From: Schmidtea polychroa | Lineage: Eukaryota | Length of the DNA: 64,000 bases | NCBI GenBank assembly: GCA_044892525.1 | Contig: CM097885.1 | Location: 11,038,001 to 11,102,000 of the forward strand | Direction: 5' to 3' | Shown: positions 13,131 through 26,820 of the stretch, piece by piece | Layout of the letters: each line of letters opens with the position of its first letter | Position numbering within the stretch: position 1 is the first letter of the stretch | Made by a program: the position numbers and the translations under genes | Notes under the pieces: generated by a model | What the model saw: only the letters and a program-made list of their open reading frames with translations | Told to the model about the DNA's origin: nothing | Database searches by the model: none

Positions 13131-16100
13131 CTTGTTTAACATGTTAAATTAATAACGAATTGTCTTCGTATATAATACAACATTCTTTTTGTATTTTTTT
13201 ATTTTATTAAATTAATTTAGTGCTTATAAAAGATTTTTATAGTGTAACAATGTTATTTAATGTGCATAGAGTGTGTTTAAATATTATAGTGCAACTTGTG
13301 ATTAATTATAGTGCCGAATGTATTTGCTGCCCATTAAATAAATAAACAACACTTCATTTTAACAACAAAATTAATTAATGATTTATTTTAACTCCAACAC
13401 AAATTCTTACTATTGATTTCAAAGTTTTTGTTTTTTTCTCCCGTAAGCTTCTGAATCTGTTTAATTGTCTTATATGAATTTCTTGAAATCTTCGATTTGT
13501 TTACATATTCTTCGATAACTTCTATTCTATTCGTGCCTTTTTTCGTACTACTAGTTTTGTTTCTCTTCCTTTTTCGTAAGCCTCTGATTAAATATTCATT
13601 GATTCTCTTTTTCTTTTTCAGTTTCCTTAGAATTTATCGCTTTTTCTTTTTGTCGAGAGTTTTTGAGTGAGTCTATTTTGGTTTTGTTTACAGCTTTAGT
13701 AACTTTTTTGTAGAGTTTTTGATAATTTAATTTTAGTAGTTGGTTGCGTTGAGTTGCGTTTTTGATAATTTTGTTGTTCGTAGATTTCTTGTTTACAGTT
13801 GATTCTTTTGAGTTTTTTATGCGGGTTTATATATCATTTTAAACCAGAGTAGGAATCCATCCTAACGAGGTTTTTGTGCATTTTCTTGCAGGTGCTCAGT
13901 GCATCATTCTGACCACCCGATCAATAACTGGCCACTCTCAATGCTGTTGATTCAGCACCTACACATTTTAGAGTTGAAAATTTTACAATTGTTATATTCA
14001 AATTTGGACGTTAAAATATAAATTTATAATTTTATTTCAATTTGGTTCGTCCTCTCCTTTGGGTGTCACTTGCCATTCTCATCCATTTCTTTCCGTTTGT
14101 TTCCCTTTCTGGGCACTTATCTTTATCATTCTCTAGTATTTTTCTGATTTAATTTTTTTCTAATTTTGATACAATTTTCTTTCACAGATTTTCTTTGCTT
14201 ACCCATTTGTCTTATCTTGTTTCTCCATCTCAAATATGATTTTTTGAGTGTTATTCTGGTTTAGTTTTACCATTATGTTATTTTGTATTTTTATCACTGT
14301 TTTTTGTTTTAATTAACTAGTTTTTTATGCTGGTTTTCTTATATTTAAAATTTACTTCTCGTTTTGTTCTGTTAACTCTTTTCTGATTGTATTTTTCCTT
14401 TTTTTTCTTTCTTTCTCGTTTTGTTTCATTTTGATTTATTTTTTCTTGTCTTTTCTCATTGTTTTTCGTTATTTGAATTTTCTGCTATTTTCTCGAATTC
14501 TTTTACCGTTATAGCGAAACAATGGTATTTTCCCTGGTTATTGCCCAACAAACTCTATCCAAATAATATGCGTAAGGGCCCCGAAATACCCAAATTCAAC
14601 ATATAATTAATGTATAAAATAATAATTAAAATAATAGTTATCATATTTTATTAGTTAGATATCTAAATTTGTTTTAATAATTCGGTTTACGCGTTTTTGT
14701 GAAAAATTGAAAAACTTGTTATATAATAAATTTATGTCAGATTTGAAGATGGATTTAAAATTGGATTTAACTGGCGACCACGCCGAAAATCAGAACATCA
14801 ACGAGATTTCGAAACCGACAAAATCGCTAATATTCGTTGATTCTACTACCGAAATCATGACAAGACATGCTCACACTGAACATCAGACGATATGGTGGAG
14901 GAGGTTTAAAAAAAGCCGAAGAATGGATCAGGGATATAGAAGAATGGCTACTGACAAATGGACAGCGATTGACAAGCACTTTCGATGTGTTATTGGTGGC
15001 AAAAGCAAAGACATTGTGGTGAAAGGTCAGAGAAACAGAAACAACAGATTTGAAAGTCAAAGCTTGGCTCCTACATACGTTCACAATTACAAAATCAATA
15101 ACTGACAAAATCAGAGATTTGGCAGCTATAGAACAGGAAGATCATGAACGCTTTGAAGCTTTTCAGATACGGCTAAGGAAAGCTTTGGCCGAAGTTGTAA
15201 ATTCAGGACGATCAGAAAAAGATATTGTTCAAGATCTCATCGCAAATAAAGCACGCGATGAGAGACTGCGGGAGATACTATTGACGAAACCAAATACAAA
15301 AATTGAAGAAATAAGATCATTGACAAAATTATTTGAAAGTAACAAAAATGGAAACAATAAAATGGAATTTATTAAAGCAATCGGTCAAAGAACATACACT
15401 AGCGTGACTGAGGGAGGGCAGATGAGAATTCAAAAAAATACCCAAGATACCATGCCTACATCACCACAAAGAAGACTATCAGAAGCGATATTAAGTCACC
15501 ACAGATCGAGAAGAGACGAACATCATATATGCGGACAATACAATACGAAGGAAATAACCATGGTCGTCGAGAACAATATCCAAGAGAACAATTCTTGAGA
15601 AATGCAAGAATCCCGAATAGCTCAGAAAGGAAGCTGCCAACAACGAAAGTAGAGGACTATCACAAGCATTGGTTCCAAAATTAACGGTAGGTGATTGTTT
15701 TTCCTGATGCGAAATGGGAAACAGAAGGTATGAGTGTCCACTAGGAAATAAATGTCTGATATGTGGCAATTGTTTTTCGTTACGGAAAGAGGTTCCACGC
15801 CGATATCAAAGAATAGCGTGCATAGAAGAAGAAGATTCAAAATCTGAAGAAGAGATTACACCTAGAACTGCCAGGATTTCAGAACTGCTCACAGCGACAT
15901 GGAAGATAGATACAATGTCCCTGAGAAATATACTCTACTGAGAGAAGACGAAAAAAACATCAGCGACTCCATGGGTTTCATTTCGTCGGTGAAGTCAAGA
16001 AAATAAATTGTGAAAGAAGAAATGAACGACGAAGAGAGGAGGCAGAAGAATAGATGTACTAGACGGAAGAAATTGGAGTAAAATAATGTTGAATAATGCT

Positions 16101-16681
16101 GAAGCAGAGATGTTATGGAACAGTCATCAGTAACAGTCATGTGCAAGAATTTGTGAGAGAAAATAGGCAAACAGGAACTTCAACGTAGTATGATATTATT
16201 ATGCGGAGTTTTTTTAACTGGAGGTGAAGAAGCAATGTCATACATGACTATGCCGGCCACATGCAACCAGAATATCAAGATAATCACAGTAGTAGTGGTA
16301 AAAGAGATCAAACCCGAATTCATAGGAAGCATTGATACAATGAAAGAGTTTGGAGTAAAGTTAATGAAAATCAATAATATAGAAACGTCATTGATAAACA
16401 AAATCTACACTTATGAAAAAAGAATAAATAAAGCACTAGTGGCGATGGCGGGTGAGAATAGTAAAGATATTGAATTTTATGGCGGAATCTTTATGCATCG
16501 AAATTTGATCTGGGATTTACAAACTTAGTTCGACATGAGATGCGGATAACAGGAGCCCCAATAATGCAACATCCTCGACGTCAACCAATGTACATGGAGA
16601 AAAGCATTGAAGAGCTGATAAAAGAGTTCATGAAAGTAAATGTTATTCGGTGTTGCAAGAGTCCTCGGAATGCTCCATTAG

Positions 16682-17530
16682 TGTTTTCGTCTAAGACAAA
16701 TCAGAAGAATTTCTTTGTAATTAATCGCATCACACGCTTTATTTATGCAAAACCATTGTTTGTTAAACCATTTAACGTGTCCAATAACTTGAGATTGAGC
16801 CATGATTGAATTGGAAACATTGGATAATTGTTCAACACTTTTGCTAATAAACATTTGAGTTGTGTTGATCTTTTTAAGAGCTCGATTAGCAAGTTTATCT
16901 TTTTATCGCTAATGTCATAAATGGTTTCAGATAATTTACGAATATCTTTAAATTTTTGGGGAAATTCCATAAACATATCTTGGAGTTCCTCTTCTGTCAT
17001 TTCATGATTTACAGAAATTAAATCTTTGATTTCCAATCGTTTTGATAAACTTTGAAAAATTGAATTAATGTCAATTAGAAATTTTGAAATATAAACGAAT
17101 TCATAAAAATATCGATTATCTATGACATCTACATTACTTCCAATAATAATTTGCAACGATCTTGTTGAGCCACGATTACATGGACAAGTTTCACTGCTGA
17201 AAAGACATCTCTTCGCTATATTGCTCATTGAAATACGACATATCAAACATTCATTATCATCCATATTTCAAATTTCACTTTTAACATACCAATCAATTGA
17301 TTCAACCAAACAAAGACTATTTCTAGAAATACAATCAATTCCTAGAATTCAAATCAAAATCTACAAATTAATATAAAAAAAACTAATTAATAAAAATTGC
17401 GACATACCTATTGCTCGCGTCTGTGTGCGCACATCTATATTACCATAATTCTGCACATAGACGCGAGAACAATCAACCAACAAACTGCCAGTCAGAGGTA
17501 AATGTCCTTCCCCTCTGACTTGTCGAAACA
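16682..17530. mobile_element. 849-bp TG...CA insertion with imperfect TIRs and 5-bp TSD, carrying an ORF
   Basis: It splits the Gypsy RT between ...NAPLV and LVILGKK. TSD ATTAG at 16677-16681 and 17531-17535. Ends are TGTTTTCG(TCTAA)GACAAATCAGA and TCTGACTTGTCGAAACA. Confidence 0.85.
16743..17264 (-). CDS. Hypothetical 173-aa cargo protein with a Cys-rich N-terminus
   Basis: Uninterrupted ATG-to-stop ORF filling most of the insertion (MDDNECLICRIS...CPC...); no family recognised. Confidence 0.5.
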   Translation of the reverse strand: MDDNECLICRISMSNIAKRCLFSSETCPCNRGSTRSLQIIIGSNVDVIDNRYFYEFVYISKFLIDINSIFQSLSKRLEIKDLISVNHEMTEEELQDMFMEFPQKFKDIRKLSETIYDISDKKINLLIELLKRSTQLKCLLAKVLNNYPMFPIQSWLNLKLLDTLNGLTNNGFA

Positions 17531-19772
17531 ATTAGTGATACTAGGGAAGAAAAATGGATCTATCAGGATGTGTGTAGATTATCGTGGATTAAATTCCATA
17601 ACAGAAAAAGAGTCATTTCCAATGCCTAATACCAAATTCTTACTAGACTGTCTCACTAATGCAAAAATATTTTCGTCAATCAATTTAGGTCAGGCGTATT
17701 ATCAAGTGAAATTGACTCCAGAAATTCAAGAAATGGCTGCATTCAGTACAAGAGAAGGACAATTTTGCTTCAATAGACTACCGTTTGGCTTAGCAACAGC
17801 CCCTATGACATTCCAGAGATTGATGCACACAGTGCTGGAAGAAATGCTTTTCAGTCGGGTAGTAGTTTATCTATAAAACAATATATGGGCCGGTTTAGCA
17901 AACAGATTTTTTTAACTGCAATCACAAAGCAAAACGAAGAGACAATTTTCAAAACGATACTTAATAGTTGGATCTATCGATTCGGAAAATCGAAGAGCAT
18001 TTTAACAGATACAGGCCGCTATTTTGAAGGGAATTTCCTTAAACAAAAGCTACAGAAACTTGGAATTAAACAGGAATTCAGCTCACCTTACCTGCATCAA
18101 TCAAATGGTTTAGTCGAACTAGCCATACGAACGATAAGAGATTTTTACCACAACATTGGCAGGTGGATGTGAAGAGAGAAACTGACACGAACTTCTACCT
18201 AGAATAGAGTTCACTACAAATAGCAGTCGACAAAGTGCTACAGGTTTATCACCATTTGAGATAATTTATGGACGGAGTGTTAACCTACACTCTAACCTGA
18301 AATAAGCCGAGATATCAAGAAGCGAAAGAATTGAAGACGTGAGATTTAACTCTAGTAAAACCGCAGACACTATGAGAGCTATGGATAAGACAAAGAGGGG
18401 CACTCGTGTTTTCAAGGTGGGAGAGAGGTACTCGTACGTAAAGAGACGCAGAACAGGCACAAGGATAGTATGCAATACAATGACCCATATAAAATTGTCA
18501 GATTTCTATCACCTCATCGAGTCGAACTACATTCACAAGAAAGAGTGACAGAAAGATGAATCGAGTGGCTGAAGAAGTGGAAAGTCTTAAGAAGGGAAAA
18601 GTTAGATAATTGAGTTTACGCGTTTTTGTGAAAAATTAAAAAACTTTTTATATAATAAATTTATGTCAGATTTGAAGATGGGTTTAAAGGTAATTATTAC
18701 TGGCATTTATATAATTGACTGTGGACACTTATAAAAAAAGAAATTTATAACGAAAAACAAGTCTTTAATAAATTAATTAGATATAACTATAATAAACTAT
18801 TAAATTTTTATATTTTATACAGGTCCAGTTCAAGCACTTTTCTTTTACTTTTACTGTAAATTAAAAAATAAATTTTCAAAATTATAATAAAATCGTTTTT
18901 AAAATTTTAAGTTTCACTATGGTAATAAATTGTCAAATGCGCAATTATTGAACTGATAATTTCACTTTAAACAAAAAATTTGTTTAAATATTCACATTTC
19001 TTTTGAAATAATTTGTTATTTAATATTCAATGTCATATAGACAATTTGACATGTTATAAAATTTTAAATTTATTCAGATTAATTATTTAATATTTAGATA
19101 TTACGAGGTTATTTTTAAAGAATATTTTAGTGTATTAAGTATTTCATTATTTATTATTTAGAATACTTGGAGTCAAAATTATAATAACAATAACAGGAGT
19201 AATTTTAACTATTTAAAAAAATGTAAATTAAATTTTAATGTTAGGCTTAGATCGTAATTTACCTTTAATTATAATTAATATAATAGAATTAACTAATGTA
19301 TATATTTTAAAATTTTATGTAGATTGATTATTATAATATATCAAACCAAAGATACTAACACTTATAACGATACACAAATAAATATATATAATTATAAATT
19401 AAATTATCTTATTATTTTAATATTTTATTTCTTTTATTATTTTATTTATTGAATTAATTTCTTTATTTTAGCTTATCTGTTTTTTAACCCCCTCCAAATA
19501 CTTAACTGTTACTATATTGAATATATATCTCCTAATAAGTACCATAAAGCGCTGATTTACATTAAATATCTGACAGAAGTATGAAACAAAATCATTAGAA
19601 ATTTACAATTTATTAATAAAACCATTATATCAATTATTAATTGATTTATTAAATTAATATTATTATTAATATGTATTGATTTTTGAATATATTTTATAGT
19701 AATAAAATAATAATTGATGTTTTTATTATTTGATAAAAGGGATGTTTCATAGGGTGTTTTTAACTGCTTATG

Positions 19773-20035
19773 CAGGTTGGGGTGAAAAGATCTGACACGT
19801 TTTAAATTTAAATAAAACCGAATTAAAATAAATAAATATTTGATGTAAAGTTGTACAAATGTACTTATAATAAAATTGTGTTGCGTGTAGGGACGGGATC
19901 GTGTCTAAGGAGCTTTTCTAGGTAAGCTCAAATGACATCACATGTACATTTGGGAAATAATAATTCTTTTATTTATTTGCTTTAATTTGGTTTTATTAAA
20001 ATTTCAAATGTGCCAGATCTTTTTGCCAAACCCTG
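19773..20035. mobile_element. MITE with about 60-bp imperfect TIRs (Tc1/mariner-like CAGG termini)
   Basis: Left end CAGGTTGGGGTGAAAAGATCTGACACGTTTTAAATTT... matches the reverse complement of the right end CAGGGTTTGGCAAAAAGATCTGGCACATTTGAAATTT... Confidence 0.75.
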
Positions 20036-20306
20036 AACAATTAGGATTTTTATCTATTCGTTTTTTATTGTAAAGTTAAAAATTAACTGATTTCCTAGAA
20101 AATGAAGTTTACGTAATCGTTCAATCATTTCGATTCAATCACTCGTTTGTGTTTGATTAGGCAATTACTTAATCATTGGAGATGTGTGTGGGATAATTTC
20201 GTTATATAAACCGTCAGCAAATTATATTATTTGCCATATTTCCAGGGTTACCATATACAAAAAATACCAATACCAACTATGCCAACTCTGTATCGACATT
20301 TTACAA

Positions 20307-20556
20307 CAGTGGTGGCCAACCCAAATCAATCGAAGGGCCAAATTTTCGGAAAAATACTATCACGGGCCACAATAAATTCATTTAAATAAATATAACTCGT
20401 TTTTTACGATTCAAGTAAACTTAGAATCAATTTTTTAAATTAAAAACATGCTTAATTCGAATATGAATTCTAAAAAAGGCAATTATTGATTTGATCGCTA
20501 AAATTGTGTCCTGGCCACATCAAAACGCTTCGCGGGCCACCGGTTGGCCATGGCTG
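20307..20556. mobile_element. hAT MITE
   Basis: TIR CAGTGGTGGCCAACC / GGTTGGCCATGGCTG; 8-bp TSD TTTTACAA on both sides. Confidence 0.9.
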
Positions 20557-22474
20557 TTTTACAACAATACAATAGGAGTTTCGGGTAATGTCATTTATTT
20601 AATCACTCCTTTCAGATTGTAAGCGAGAATAAAGCTGGGAAAATTTATTTTAATCGGTTTGTCGAATCGTAACACAGGGAAATTAATATTTTACTGATAA
20701 TAATTTTATTTTCTAAAGTTACCGAGAAATTGTAAAAAATATAGAAATTTTGTCTTCTTATTGTTCGAATTGTATTAAATTTTGTATTATTATTATAATA
20801 TATTTGGAATATTTTCATGATTCCTGATGATATGTTTTACGTCGCTTTATAAATTTCAATAAATCGGTGGGTTTTTTGGTCTTTGTGGATGTTAAACAAT
20901 GTTTTTATCTTATTATTGTCTATCTGTCAAAACCATTTTCAAAGTCATCATTAGTTTCACTATAGGATCAGCCGATATTGATGACCATTTGTTCGAACGT
21001 CAAAGATTACGAAGTCCGAAAATCCGATCCAAAATAAGTATAAATAGACGCAATAATCCTAGCGAGTACCACAGTTTCAAAATTTGGTTTAACTGGGTGA
21101 CTATTGACGAAATCTCTAGGTTAAGGTGTGTATACCATTACGCTGAATCATTCGTGCACGTAATTTCCATGAATTTTTGAAGTTACTAGTTTCAGTAACT
21201 ATAATTATTTGACAAATTTAATAAATTGATGATTTAAAACAAAACGAATTTAAATTTTATTTATTAATGTAATTTCGAATGGAAATTAATATAATAATAT
21301 TTTATTAATTATTATTATAAATTTTTTCCTATCCATCATGGGGAATAAATTATGACACTTTCGTATGTTATGGCAAGCATAACTGTTTGCTCTTTTTCTT
21401 TATTATTCCCTGTAAACGATGGATTTTATCAAAAAATGATCAAATTTTGAGAATTTTATTTATATGTGTTTTATTATTTTTCTAATTGTCTTAATTGATG
21501 TGTTGGGGATTATAAAATAATTAAATGTAAAATTAAATTATATTTGTAATTAACGAAATAATAGAAGTATAAAATTGGTCAGGGATGGAATTGAAAACGC
21601 GAAGAAATAAGATTGGTAGAAAGGCTTGAGAAGGTACATCAGTATATGGGAAAACACAAAAATGTGAATTGTGAAAATCGTTAAAAGATTCATAAATTTG
21701 AATTAAAGTCTGGAAAATTGGTCATTGGGGAACAGGTAGCAAGGAATGACATGATGAGAACGGAATTTTCATAAAGTGCTAGGAAGAGTGCAAAAAGGCG
21801 CGTAAAAGATGAAAAACAAGAAAATGAAATTAATTAATAAGTTAGTAAACAAAAAGAACTATTCTGTAATAATTTTTTTCTCTCAGATTTTGAAATCATA
21901 TTGGCAGTTATCTGTGTACGTACAGTAAAAAAATGAAAATCTGAGGAAAAGTGAAAATTACACCAAAAATAAGGCTTTCTATAGTTAAATTAAATTTTAT
22001 CTTAAGAAAACATTTTTTTTGCCATACGTAAAAGTGCAAAATAACCTTTTTATCGTTTGGTGTAGTATAGTGTTGTTTGGAGGTCCCTTAAATTAAGAGG
22101 CCCATGTCAAAAGACCCTCCTAAGCCCCCCCCCTCTTCTGGGGCCTGGTCAATGATTAGTGGTCATGTCTATTTTTGTTATAAGTAATCCTACTTAAGAC
22201 TGGTGTCTGAGTATGTTTAGGATTGAGACGAATCAACGATATCTGTGGTCAACTATGTATCCGGCACGATCAAGAATTCAAAATCTGTGGAAACACTAAT
22301 AGAAAGTAAGTCATGTTATGTCCAACTTACAATGTCGTCTAAGTTGAAGAGAAATAGGAGAACATTAGGATTATAATATATACTTTCAAATCTCAAATTA
22401 GTGGCTACCGGATGACGTTGCCAAAAAGCTCAATGTGCGTGTAAAATGTGGACAAACCAACTGGTTTGTGTATA

Positions 22475-22710
22475 TGTCGTAGGCAAATGGTAATTTTAGG
22501 AAAATAACATTTGGCTAGGCAAATGCCTGGTCAAATAGATTTAGCTATTATTTCATTCCTATTGCTTGGGGGTGTGTGGTGTTGAATGTACGTGTACCCT
22601 TGTGACCCTAACCCCTAGGGGGGACAAATTATGGAAATGTAATAATAGATAAAGCTGGCATTTTGCCTAGCCAAATGTTATTTTCCTAAAATTACCATTT
22701 GTCTACGACA
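22475..22710. mobile_element. MITE with about 50-bp TIRs and TGT...ACA termini (Ginger-like?)
   Basis: TGTCGTAGGCAAATGGTAATTTTAGGAAAATAACATTTGGCTAGGCAAA and its near-perfect inverse; flanked by TATA on both sides. Confidence 0.8.
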
Positions 22711-23299
22711 TATATATCATAATATATATTTACATATTGTACCTCATAACAATTGTTATTTGAAAGTCATCCTTCTATTCAATGTATTTGAGACATAAAG
22801 CAACACAATATCATTACTTGAAATGAAAGAGATTACTAATTCCAAGTCAACTAACAGAAATAGTTGGTAATAATAAAAATCCGAAAAGCCACTTATTATT
22901 GATCCCTACCAATATTCGGAGTTCTATCTAATGAATCTAAATAAACTTACAAAGATGAAAATAATTTCAAATTACATTTACAATTTCCGACACCAATTTT
23001 ATTTTAATTTTGACAAATCAAACTTCACTAAAATAGATGTTAAAAATTCGTTGACTGTGATTGGTCAAAATAATCATCACATAATGAAATCCAGTATCGC
23101 AATAAAAACAATCCTAACAAACATATAACATGATAATATTTTCATTATGTATTAATTTCAGACCATCGACGAAATGAACGAAAAATGAAAATTTAATTTT
23201 TAAAGATAAATATAAAATATCTTTATCGAGAAGTCATATTATATACTCTTGAAACAAAGAACACCAGATTGAATATCGACATTAATCACATTAAACTGT

Positions 23300-23960
23300 T
23301 TATATAAATAAAAATAAATATAAATAATAAATATATAGGAATATAATAAATAAAAAAATAAATATATAAATAATAAATAAAAAAATAAATATAAATAAAT
23401 ACATGAATATAAATAAATAGAAATAATAAATATATACGAATAAAATAAATAAAAATAAATACATATAAATATTAATAATAAATAAAAATAAATAGAAATA
23501 ATAATAATAAATATATATGAATATAATAAATAAAAAAATATATAAATAATAAATAAAAATGAATAAATATAAATAAATTATAAATACAAATAAATACATA
23601 TAAATATAATAAATAAATAAAAATAAATAAATATAAATAATAAATATATAGGAATATAATAAATAAAAAAATAAATATATAAATAATAAATATATACGAA
23701 TAAAATAAATAAAAATAAATACATATAAATATTAATAATAAATAAAAATAAATAGAAATAATAATAATAAATATATACGAATATAATAAATAAAAATAAA
23801 TACATATAAATATTAATAATAAATAAAAATAAATATATATATAAATAATAATTAAAAATAAAAACATATAAATATTAATAAATAAAAATAAATATATAAA
23901 ATACATGAATATAAATAAATAAAAATAGATAAATATAAATAAATAAATAGAAATATGAAT
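23300..23960. repeat. A-rich, almost G/C-free degenerate minisatellite
   Basis: Recurring units such as AAATATATA(G/C)GAATATAATAAATAAAAA and AAATACATATAAATATTAATAATAAAT. Confidence 0.85.
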
Positions 23961-24325
23961 ACATTTTTTAGCCAGTTCAATTAAAATTGTGACGCCAGGA
24001 AAAAAAGAACAAAGTGAAAGAAAATCATGAAACCGCAAATGAAATATTATTTATACATCGAACAAATCCAAAGCTAAATAATAATAATAAATAACTATTA
24101 AGATTCTTATCATTATTATTATTATTATTATTGTGATTATTATTTCCATGTAACTGAAGTATATAGCTTACAATACCTACATATACAATATTGCATATCA
24201 CAAGATTTCGGTCTTGGATCGCCCATTTAACGCTGATTCTGCTGATATTATAGGATAAAGGCCAAAAAAAATTAATCAGACAAACCAAATACAAATAAAA
24301 TAGATATTTTTTAGCATCTTAAAAT

Positions 24326-24769
24326 TCAATTTTTCTCTGAATTGTCTAACAAATTAATAGGATTGTTATTTGTTTCTTTGACAAATGAATCTTCAATAAA
24401 CTGTTGTCTCACATCGCTACTGTTTGGGAAATTCGACTTTTTATCACCTTCTTTGTTGATATTGACGAGCTTATTTTTCATCAAATGATTGTAATGATTA
24501 CTTCCGGATCCAGCTACTGGGCTAGAAGAAGATCCAGACGATGAATTATACGGATAGTCTTTATCTTGTTGTCTGTTGAGATCTGAAAATGAACACCGTT
24601 TATTGCCGATGAGAATAGAGATAATATGTAGACTTTTTTCCATTACACTATTTAACAACTTCAATCCTTTCAATAATCTCGATTGTGATTGGCAACTAGG
24701 TAAGAGAATGTAGACGAAATTATGAAAAATGAAATGATCTCGAAGAGACTCTTCATTTAGACAAGTCAA
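24326..24769 (-). other. Unassigned 147-codon open frame (possible terminal exon or decayed gene)
   Basis: Stop-free in AT-rich DNA with a Ser/Asn-rich C-terminus; no recognisable domain and no ATG start. Confidence 0.25.
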
Positions 24770-25439
24770 TAAAGAGAAACGAAAGAAATATACATGGGGT
24801 TTACAAATCTTTCTTAAAAGAACTTAGTGATTACTGATTTCGGAATGTGTGTAATAACTCTTATAAAAAGTTTGTGAGAGTTTAAAGACAGAAACCTATA
24901 TACATAAGGCAGATGAAATCTCTTTCTAAGAGAACGGCAAAATAGGAAAATAATCAAGACCCGATTGTCCACTTGCAGAGGAATGGGTAAGACAGTCGGG
25001 AGTCTGGATGGCTTTATAGGAAAAGTAGAAATAATTTGAGAAGAACACAAAACTTACACTCTTTGGAGTAGCATTATTAGAGTAACAATAGTCATAGTAA
25101 TGTTTAATATCTAGGAGGGGGAAATTAAGATTCCATAATATTTCTTTATTGAATTTTTAGCAATATTTGATAGAACAAAAAACCAAATATTTCAAAAAAA
25201 TATGATAAGACTTTCATAAATATTTGAGAAACGAACTTTGCATGATAACTAAAAATCAATATTTAAAGTGGAGAATAATTCTCAAAGTTTAATACAATTA
25301 TTCATTCAAGTAGATCAATGGATAATGCGGATTTTATAAAAAGAAACTCCATAGCTAAGAACTATTTCTACATTATAAAATTCGTGTCAATTATGGTATG
25401 TGACAGTTAGCCAATTAAAATTTATTTTAATAGAAAAAT

Positions 25440-26820
25440 GAAACAAGAACAAGAGTAAGCTCCGGGTTAAACAAATATTTTGACTCCTCAAAAAATACAA
25501 GTACGATTTTAGAAGTAAAACAATTGAATGTTTTATTTTTATATTGATGATTTTTATTTAATTTATTTTTGAATTTAATTCTATCTTCATTCTGTCATAT
25601 TATAGATATATAAATTATATATAGTAATTACATTTTAGATCAGGGCTGTCCAACCTCGGGAAACCAGAGGGCCCGCAATGCAAAAAAAACTATTCGGGGG
25701 CCGCACACAATGCAAAGAATTTTTATCTAAAATAAATGGCTAAGGATAGCAAAACGCCTGCCTGTACGGAAAATTTTGGACTCAACACCTTCAGTTGTTA
25801 CTAATGTATACTCTGGTGCTTGTTTTGAATTCATTGGATATTTCTGTCTACACACCAAAATTAAAAAATGATATTATGTTAATAATTAATTGTACTAATG
25901 TTTAAGAAATATTATATGGTAAATATTTGATATTAGATATAGATATTGTCAAGAAATGAAAAATGTTATATTTCAATGAGAAATTTTCGGTAGCTTTGCA
26001 TCGTTTACCAGTGTATCGATATCAATTTCAATGTTTGTGGTTGCCAAACGCAGTAAATTTGATAGCGATTTATCAGTCATGGAACTTCTATGCTTTGATT
26101 TAATAAACTTCATAGTGGAAAAAGTACTCTCACAAAGATAAGTACGCCACGTGAAGTCTTCATTTGGAAGAAAAAAGTTTCATAACATTGTATTATATTT
26201 TAATATGAATATAAGTTTTTCGTAGCAATAAAAGTATTTACATAAATAAGATGGTATCAAATTATAGAGAAGTTCGCGGGCCGCGGTTTGGACAGGTCTG
26301 TTTTAGATAATAAAATGCGTTCCTTGCTTTTAGATTTGCTAACATTGATTCAACAGCCAAAGGCCCGAAATCAATGAATCTCCATTATAGGATCCCTTTC
26401 TCATTAGGTTTTGATTAATTTCTCCGTTTCTGACATTGTTAAAAAATTACCCGTAGTAAATTAAACCCGGTTTCATCCAAAGAAAAAACAAATTAAGGAA
26501 GTTGATAATCATTTCTCTTCCATAGTATTCTCTAAAGTCTAACAGCCTTGGAGTGATGTTATTTTTCGATATATAAGTTTGATTTATTACGATTTAACTT
26601 AAAGAAATAAATTCTACAATTCCTTTTTGATTTAACACGTTATCAGATGAAACTATCGCGGATATTTGCCTTTTAATTTCAAATTTCAAGACATCCTACA
26701 TTTTTCTAATGATATCTTAGTTTGATAACCCATTTCCAATCTTTCACGAGAAATAAAATTTATATGTGAAATATCAAAATTAGATTTTCCATTTGGTTTC
26801 CTATTTTTTTAACCATGCCC
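25440..26820 (-). mobile_element. Heavily degraded IS630/Tc1-like transposase remnant, interrupted by a hAT derivative
   Basis: Minus-strand FFSLDETGFNL (about 26458-26490) and GSYN; multiple stops. Confidence 0.4.
25641..26300 (-). mobile_element. hAT (Buster/Charlie) deletion derivative
   Basis: TIR CAGGGCTGTCCAACC / GGTTTGGACAGGTCTG; 8-bp TSD TTTTAGAT. Internal minus-strand TYLCESTFSTMKFIKSKHRSSMTD dimerisation tail. Confidence 0.92.

Larger units (their letters stand above)
14653..18689 (+). mobile_element. Degenerate Gypsy LTR retrotransposon (gag, protease remnant, partial RT, integrase) with two short LTRs
   Basis: LTRs at 14653-14772 and 18600 to about 18689 share GTTTACGCGTTTTTGTGAAAAATT...GATTTGAAGATGG. 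PBS TGGCGACCACG at 14772; PPT AAGAAGGGAAA before 18600. RT motifs RMCVDYRGLN and FNRLPFGL; integrase motifs ILTDTGRYF and SPYLHQSNGLVE. Confidence 0.92.

Noticed and set aside
13400..14600. T-rich strand-biased region, possibly a LINE ORF1 remnant or ribozyme-bearing 5' end
   Set aside because: No recognisable protein motif or consistent ribozyme fold could be supported.
22606..22622. CCCTAACCCCTAGGG telomere-like sequence
   Set aside because: A single unit within a dispersed hairpin motif, not a telomeric array.
23300..24038. Hydrophobic F/I/Y/L-rich ORFs resembling membrane proteins
   Set aside because: They arise from the T-rich strand of an AT-only minisatellite.
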